NCBI GenBank assembly: GCA_037133055.1
Contig: JBAXOY010000047.1
Span: forward strand, 1-21,573
Source of the DNA: Chlamydiota bacterium
Lineage (GTDB): Bacteria; Auribacterota; Tritonobacteria; UBA1439
DNA length: 21,573 nt
Reading direction: 5' to 3'
This document shows positions 16,392-21,573 of the stretch, piece after piece (the first letter of the stretch is position 1; each line of letters begins with the position of its first letter). A program made the translations under genes and the position numbers. Under the pieces are notes generated by a model that made no database searches, was not told the origin of the DNA, and saw only the letters and a list, made by a program, of their open reading frames with translations.

Positions 16392-17690
16392 CTACACCCT
16401 CTCCTCGACCCGTATCAGGGCGGTCCTGTCCTTCACGTCGGGCAGGCGGTCGATCTTCGCGATCGCCCGGCGCACGTCCCTCTCGCGCGCCCGGTGGGTC
16501 ATCAGCACCACCGGGACCACGCCGCCGATCTTCCGTTCGGACTGGAGCACCGAGGCGATGCTGATCTGCTGCCTGCCGAGTATCCCGGTGATGCGGGCAA
16601 GCACACCGGGCCGGTCCACGACCGAAAACCGGAGATAGTACTGGGTCTCTATCTCGCCGATGGGCTTTACACGCATGGCGCCGACGCGGGCGGCAACCGC
16701 GGGGACCCTCCCGCAGGAGCCCCGGTCGATGTTGCGCGCGATGTCGATGATGTCCCCGAGGACGGCGCTGGAGGTCGGCTCGCGCCCTGCGCCCAAGCCG
16801 TAGAGCACGATCTCGCCCGCCGGGTACCCCCTGACGCAGACCGCGTTGAACGCGCCTCCCACCGATGCCAGGAGGTGGCTTTTCGGGATGAGCGTGGGGT
16901 GCACGCGGGCCTCGACCCGGCCGCCGCCCTGTTTGAAGATCGCAAGGAGCTTGATGACGTACTCGAACTCCTTCGCGTACCGTATGTCGAGCGCGCTGAT
17001 GCGCCTGATCCCCTCGACGTACACGGCGCGGGACGGCACCCAGCTCCCGCTCGCCAGGGTGCTCAGGATCGCGAGCTTGTGTGCGGAGTCCATCCCGTCG
17101 ACGTCGAGCGCGGGGTCCGCCTCGGCGTAGCCGAGGCGCTGCGCCTCCCGGAGCGCGCCGACGAAGTCGATCCCCGAATCCGTCATCCTGGAGAGGATGT
17201 AGTTGCAGGTGCCGTTGACGATGCCGAAGATCGAGTCGACCCGGTTGGAGGCGAGCCCTTCGCGGAGCGCCTTGATGATCGGGATGGCGCCGCAGACGCT
17301 CGCCTCGTAGTAGAGATCCAGGCGGCGGCCCTGCGCGCGCCGGAAGATCTCCCGCCCGTGCTCCGCGAGCAGCGCCTTGTTGGCCGTGACCACGTGCTTT
17401 CCCCTCTTCAGGGCCTCTAGGATATAGGCCTTCGCGGCCCCGCACCCGCCGATGAGCTCGACGACGATGTCAATCGCCGGGTCGGCGAGGATGGCCCGGG
17501 CATCCGCGGCGCGCCGGGAGGGAGGGATGCGCACGTCGCGCCGCGCCCGCCAGTTCTTCTCGGCGACGAGACTGAGATCGAGGTCGATGCCGAGCCGTTC
17601 CCGGAGAAGCGGCCCGTTCTTTCGGAGCGCTTTCACGAGGCCGGTCCCCACCGTCCCGAGTCCGATGAGGCCAATCCGAATTTTTTTCAT
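16392..17690 (-). CDS. hom: Homoserine dehydrogenase with C-terminal ACT domain
   Basis: GLGTVG, VVTANKA, YEASVCGAIP, GIVNGTCNYIL, GYAEADP..DVDG.DSAHKL, GAG..PT; ACT segment DRPGVLA. Start at ATG 17690 (GCGGA upstream). Confidence 0.96.
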   Translation of the reverse strand: MKKIRIGLIGLGTVGTGLVKALRKNGPLLRERLGIDLDLSLVAEKNWRARRDVRIPPSRRAADARAILADPAIDIVVELIGGCGAAKAYILEALKRGKHVVTANKALLAEHGREIFRRAQGRRLDLYYEASVCGAIPIIKALREGLASNRVDSIFGIVNGTCNYILSRMTDSGIDFVGALREAQRLGYAEADPALDVDGMDSAHKLAILSTLASGSWVPSRAVYVEGIRRISALDIRYAKEFEYVIKLLAIFKQGGGRVEARVHPTLIPKSHLLASVGGAFNAVCVRGYPAGEIVLYGLGAGREPTSSAVLGDIIDIARNIDRGSCGRVPAVAARVGAMRVKPIGEIETQYYLRFSVVDRPGVLARITGILGRQQISIASVLQSERKIGGVVPVVLMTHRARERDVRRAIAKIDRLPDVKDRTALIRVEERV

Positions 17691-17741
17691 GGCGTCCGCT
17701 CCGCTGGGCTCGCAGGCATTCCGATGGATGGACAACGAATC

Positions 17742-17770
17742 ACGGTAGCGAAAAATACCGCGCGGTTCAA
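17742..17770 (-). promoter_or_regulatory. Possible sigma70 promoter for the hom-apgM-lysC-cimA operon
   Basis: Minus strand TTGAAC (17770-17765), 17-bp spacer, TACCGT (17747-17742). Confidence 0.45.
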
Positions 17771-17775
17771 GGGAA

Positions 17776-17892
17776 TTAGCGAGGGGGAACAGCCGTGCGG
17801 GAGTAAGGGCGTGTGGGCGTGACGGCGTGGGCGGACAGAAAGGCGTCCATGGCGAGCGCCGTCGCGATCGCGAGCAGCAGGAAATGGTTCAT
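17776..17892 (-). pseudogene. mntP: Truncated 5' remnant of a manganese efflux pump (MntP/YebN family)
   Basis: MNHFLLLAIATALAMDAF (17892-17839) matches the MntP first helix pattern (hydrophobic-A-x-x-LAMDAF-AVS). Similarity then ends and the frame stops after 38 aa. The ATG overlaps the upstream kinase stop as TGATG. Confidence 0.7.
17790..17829. repeat. Degenerate octamer tandem array (consensus nGGGCGTG x5)
   Basis: CAGCCGTG CGGGAGTA AGGGCGTG TGGGCGTG ACGGCGTG. Confidence 0.6.
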
Positions 17893-18857
17893 CAGGCGCC
17901 CGGTTCCGCGAAAGGTCCTCGGGGGGGCGGCGCGCCCGCGGCTGAGTCCTCCACCTTTGCCCCGGCCGCAGGCAGGTAGACCGTGAAGGTGCTCCCGCTG
18001 CCGGGCTCGCTCGCGACCTCGATGCACCCGCCGTGGCGCTCGACGATCCCCATGGAGACGGGGAGCCCTAGTCCGATCCCGGTAGTGTTCGCCTTTGTGG
18101 TAAAAAATGGATCGAAGATCCGCCGGCGGGTCTCCGCGTCGATGCCACGGCCGGTGTCCGCGACTGCGATGGACAGATACTCTCCGCGATTCAGGGAGGG
18201 GTGCGCGGCGTAGAACTCGTCCCCCGGGGATGTGTGGGCGACGACGACGGAGAGCGCGCCTTCCCGCCCCATCGCCTCGCAGGCATTGAGGCAGAGGTTC
18301 ATGAACACCTGGTTCACCAGCGCACGCTCCCCGAGCGCGCAGGGGATGTCCGGGGGGAGTGTACGGCGAATCGAGATCCTTTTCCCGGCGGTCTTCCCGA
18401 AGAGGACGAGAAGCTCCTCTACCAGATGGACGAGGTCGATCGGCTCGAAGCGGTGCTCCCCCTTCTTCACGAACGCGAGCAAGGCGTCCGTCAGGTCGGC
18501 CGCGCGCTGCGCGAGGCGTTCTATCGCCTCCATGTCGTTCATGAAATTGCTTCCCGCGGCGAGGGAGCCCTTGGCGAGGTGGGCGTAGCCCTTGATCCCG
18601 GTGAGGATGTTGTTGAACTCGTGGGCGATCCCGACCGCCAGGAGACCCACCGCCTCCATCTTCTGCGCGTGCAGGAGCTGTTCCTCGAGACTCTTTCTGG
18701 CCGTGATGTCCCGGGCGACGTCGAATGTCCGCTCCCACTCCGCCCGCGCGGAGGAAATCTTCTCCTTGCGCGCCGCGCGGGCGAGAGCCGCGCTCACCGC
18801 GCACCAGGCGGCCAGCCCGGCTCCAAGGAGAAGCCCCACAAGCGCCCACACGGTCAT
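17892..18857 (-). CDS. Membrane-anchored histidine kinase (TM - HisKA - HATPase) with no sensor or receiver domain
   Basis: N-terminal hydrophobic helix, QKMEAVG..GIAHEFNNIL, NLCLNA, DTGRGI, FDPFFTTK, GIGLGL, GSTFTVYLP. Start at ATG 18857 with a GAGGA RBS. Confidence 0.88.
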   Translation of the reverse strand: MTVWALVGLLLGAGLAAWCAVSAALARAARKEKISSARAEWERTFDVARDITARKSLEEQLLHAQKMEAVGLLAVGIAHEFNNILTGIKGYAHLAKGSLAAGSNFMNDMEAIERLAQRAADLTDALLAFVKKGEHRFEPIDLVHLVEELLVLFGKTAGKRISIRRTLPPDIPCALGERALVNQVFMNLCLNACEAMGREGALSVVVAHTSPGDEFYAAHPSLNRGEYLSIAVADTGRGIDAETRRRIFDPFFTTKANTTGIGLGLPVSMGIVERHGGCIEVASEPGSGSTFTVYLPAAGAKVEDSAAGAPPPRGPFAEPGA

Positions 18858-18906
18858 CGCGTCCTCAAATCGCCCTGGGCCGTAACGCCGACGGGCTCGC
18901 GCCCGC

Positions 18907-20115
18907 TCACGCGCCCATCGCGCGCACGACGGCGGCTCCGAACTCGCTGCACCGCACCTCGCGCGCACCGTCCATCTGGCGGGCGAGGTCGTAGGTAACG
19001 GTCTTGCCTTGTATAACGCGTTCGAGGGCGTCGACGATCATGTCCGCCGCCTCGTTCCATCCGATATGCTCGAGCAGCATGACGCCGGAGAGGATGAGGG
19101 ATCCGGGGTTCACCCGGTCCTTCCCCGCGTGTTTCGGGGCGCTCCCGTGCGTGGCCTCGAAGACCGCGGCCCGGTCGCCGATGTTCGCGCCCGGCGCCAT
19201 CCCCAGCCCGCCGACCTGGGCGGCGCACGCGTCGGAGAGGTAGTCCCCGTTCAGGTTTGTCGTCGCGATCACGTCGTACTCCTCGGGGCGGAGAAGAAGC
19301 TGCTGGAACATCGAGTCGGCGATCCGGTCATTGATGATGACCGCGCCCGCCGCCCCCGCCTCGTCCCCCTCCCGCGCAACCACCCCGGGAAACTCCTCCC
19401 TCGCGACCGCGTAGCCCCACTCCCGGAACGCCCCCTCGGTCCACTTCATGATGTTCCCCTTGTGGACCAGCGTGACGCTTTTTCTGCCCCGGGCGAGCGC
19501 ATACCTGAGCGCCCTCCGCACGAGGCGCGCGCTTCCCTCACGCGAGACGGGCTTTATCCCGAGCGCCGACCCGGGTCGGACGGAGGCCCCGAGGCGCACG
19601 GAGAGGAACTCCTCGAGGAGGCCGGCCTCCCTGCTCCCGGCAGGCCACTCGATCCCGGCATAGACGTCCTCGGTGTTCTCCCTGAAGATGACGACGTCCA
19701 GACGCTCGGGGTGTCTCATCGGAGAGGGAACCCCGGTGAAATACCTGACCGGCCTCACGCAGGCGTAGAGGTCGAGCCGCTGGCGCAGCGTCACGTTGAT
19801 CGACCGGAATCCCCCTCCGACGGGGGTCGTGAGGGGCCCCTTGATCGCGACCGCGTGCTCCTCGATGGCCGCAAGCGTCTCATCGGGCAGGAGAGCCCCC
19901 CTGCCGAAGCGCGCCTCCGCCTTCTCCCCCGCGAAAATCTCCCTCCACGCGATGCGCCGCGCCCCCGCGTAGGCGCGGGCGACCGCGGCGTCGATGACGG
20001 AAGAGGCCGCCCGCCATATCTCGGGACCCACCCCGTCCCCCTCGATGAAGGGGATGGTCGGGGATTCGGGGACGATGAGCGAACCGTCCGGCGCAATCGA
20101 GATTTTCTCAGGCAT
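18907..20115 (-). CDS. icd: Isocitrate dehydrogenase (NADP-type, homodimeric)
   Basis: [70 protein letters not shown]. Confidence 0.96.
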   Translation of the reverse strand: MPEKISIAPDGSLIVPESPTIPFIEGDGVGPEIWRAASSVIDAAVARAYAGARRIAWREIFAGEKAEARFGRGALLPDETLAAIEEHAVAIKGPLTTPVGGGFRSINVTLRQRLDLYACVRPVRYFTGVPSPMRHPERLDVVIFRENTEDVYAGIEWPAGSREAGLLEEFLSVRLGASVRPGSALGIKPVSREGSARLVRRALRYALARGRKSVTLVHKGNIMKWTEGAFREWGYAVAREEFPGVVAREGDEAGAAGAVIINDRIADSMFQQLLLRPEEYDVIATTNLNGDYLSDACAAQVGGLGMAPGANIGDRAAVFEATHGSAPKHAGKDRVNPGSLILSGVMLLEHIGWNEAADMIVDALERVIQGKTVTYDLARQMDGAREVRCSEFGAAVVRAMGA

Positions 20116-20159
20116 GGCGCTTCACCACGGCTTCGACGTTTGACACAGACCGGCGCCGG

Positions 20160-21332
20160 TCAGCGCGCGCGGAGGTACCGCTCCATCCTGTCCATGCCCT
20201 TCTCGATGTGTGCCATCGAGGTCGCGTAGGAAAGGCGGATATTCGCGTCCGCGCCGAACGCCTTGCCCGGCACCACCGCGATGAGGGCCTTTTCGAGGAG
20301 CTCTTCCGCGAGCTCGGTGGATCCGGTATTCAGCGCGGAGATGTCGGGGAACGCGTAGAAGGCGCCCATCGGTTTCTGGCACCGTATGTCCGGCATCGCG
20401 GAGAGCCTTTTCACGAGATAGTCCCGCCGATCGAGGAAGCTCCGCACCATCATGGCGACGAACCCCTGGTCTCCGTTCATCGCCTCGACGGCCGCGGCCT
20501 GGGCGATGGAGTCGGGGTTTGAGGTGCAATGGCTCTGCAGTCGCTCGGCGAGCTTCGCGATTTCGGGGGCCGCGGCGAGATACCCGATCCTCCAGCCGGT
20601 CATCGCGTGCGACTTCGACACCCCGTTCACGATCACCGTGAGGTCCTTCACCGCGTCGCCCAGGGAGGCGATGCTCAGGTGCGCGGCCGGCGGGTAGACG
20701 ATCTTTTCGTAGATCTCGTCAGAGATGACGTTGAGGCGGTGCTCCAGCGCGATCTCCGCGAGCGCGGCGAGCTCGCCGCGCTCCGCGACCCACCCGGTGG
20801 GGTTGTTGGGGCTGTTGACGATTATCGCGCGGGTCCTCGGCGTCACCGCCGCGCGTATCTTTTCGGGGTCGAGCCGGTAGCCGTTCCGGGCGTCGGCGGC
20901 GACATAGACGGGCGTCCCCCCCGCCATGATCACCTGCGCGGGATAGGTGACCCAGTGGGGGGAGAGGATGATAACTTCGTCCCCGGGGTTGCAGAGGACG
21001 CGCACGGCGTTATAGAGGGCGTGCTTGGCGCCGCAGGAAACCACGATCCGGTCGGGGCCGTAGGCAAGCCCGTTGTCGGCCTTGAGCTTCCGGGCTATCG
21101 CCTCCCTGAGCGCAAGGGTGCCTGCGACGGGGGTGTATTTCGTCCGGCCCTCCGCGATCGCGCGACAGGCCGCCTCCTTGACGTTCGGAGGGGTGTCGAA
21201 ATCCGGCTCGCCCGCGCCGAACCCCACCACGTCTTTCCCCGCCGCGCACAGCGCCTTCGCCCTGCCGTCGATGGCAAGCGTCTGCGACGGCTCCACCGCC
21301 CCGATCAGTCGTGAAAGGCCCTTACCGCTCAT
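20160..21332 (-). CDS. PLP-dependent class I/II aminotransferase (aspartate aminotransferase-like)
   Basis: GAGEPDFDTP, GAKHAL, NSPNNPTG, SDEIYE, GVSKSHAMTGWRIG (PLP Lys), GAFY, IRLSYA. Confidence 0.93.
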   Translation of the reverse strand: MSGKGLSRLIGAVEPSQTLAIDGRAKALCAAGKDVVGFGAGEPDFDTPPNVKEAACRAIAEGRTKYTPVAGTLALREAIARKLKADNGLAYGPDRIVVSCGAKHALYNAVRVLCNPGDEVIILSPHWVTYPAQVIMAGGTPVYVAADARNGYRLDPEKIRAAVTPRTRAIIVNSPNNPTGWVAERGELAALAEIALEHRLNVISDEIYEKIVYPPAAHLSIASLGDAVKDLTVIVNGVSKSHAMTGWRIGYLAAAPEIAKLAERLQSHCTSNPDSIAQAAAVEAMNGDQGFVAMMVRSFLDRRDYLVKRLSAMPDIRCQKPMGAFYAFPDISALNTGSTELAEELLEKALIAVVPGKAFGADANIRLSYATSMAHIEKGMDRMERYLRAR

Positions 21333-21338
21333 GCCGCG

Positions 21339-21573
21339 TCATTCTCCCCGCCGGCGCCGACGCGCGAGGTGCGCCGCGATCATCGGCCCGACGTCGTCCC
21401 TGTCGAAGCCGATGATCTCCATTTCGCGCTTCGCGTTCTCGGGAGAGTCCGAGGCGTGCGCCGCGTTGACCATGATGTCCCGCCCGAACTCCTTCCGCAC
21501 CGTGGCCACGTCGGCCTTGCGCGGGTCGGTGGCCCCGATGATCTCGCGGATCTTCCGCACCGCGTCCACCCCC
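21339..21573 (-). CDS. ndk: Nucleoside-diphosphate kinase, C-terminal part (5' end outside the window)
   Basis: AVRKIREIIGATDP..A...TVRKEFG...VNAAHASDSPENAKRE, containing the phospho-His motif N-x-x-H-x-S-D. Confidence 0.9.
   Translation of the reverse strand, partial: GVDAVRKIREIIGATDPRKADVATVRKEFGRDIMVNAAHASDSPENAKREMEIIGFDRDDVGPMIAAHLARRRRRGE

Noticed and set aside
15433..17445. 670-aa minus-strand ORF spanning hom and apgM
   Set aside because: Alternate frame of two well-supported genes; Arg/Pro/Gly-rich with no motifs.

Overview
High-GC bacterial chromosomal segment (sample 60-mers in housekeeping genes ~70% GC). The backbone is a minus-strand housekeeping run, in transcription order: ndk (partial) - class I/II aminotransferase - icd - sensorless histidine kinase - mntP remnant - hom - apgM-like (proposed homoserine kinase) - aspartate kinase - cimA - valS - alpha/beta hydrolase - [insert] - nadC - birA - coaX (partial). 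Three plus-strand genes interrupt it between the hydrolase and nadC: a CodA-like amidohydrolase with an atypical active site, a hybrid sensor kinase, and a ~40% GC polytopic membrane protein. The most unusual signals are small. (i) A partly palindromic 7-bp tandem-repeat element is translated in frame inside the ValRS Cys4 knuckle. (ii) Further 7-bp and 8-bp tandem arrays sit at apparent gene-loss junctions (hom/apgM, truncated mntP). (iii) A diverged 80-bp-period duplication of a GTAG-type REP plus the valS 5' end creates a 27-codon ORF coupled to valS and supplies the cimA stop codon. (iv) A histidine kinase appears to have lost its PAS domain by an in-frame deletion. I found no rRNA, tRNA, CRISPR array, transposase or integrase. 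All calls come from motif recognition by eye; no database searches were run.
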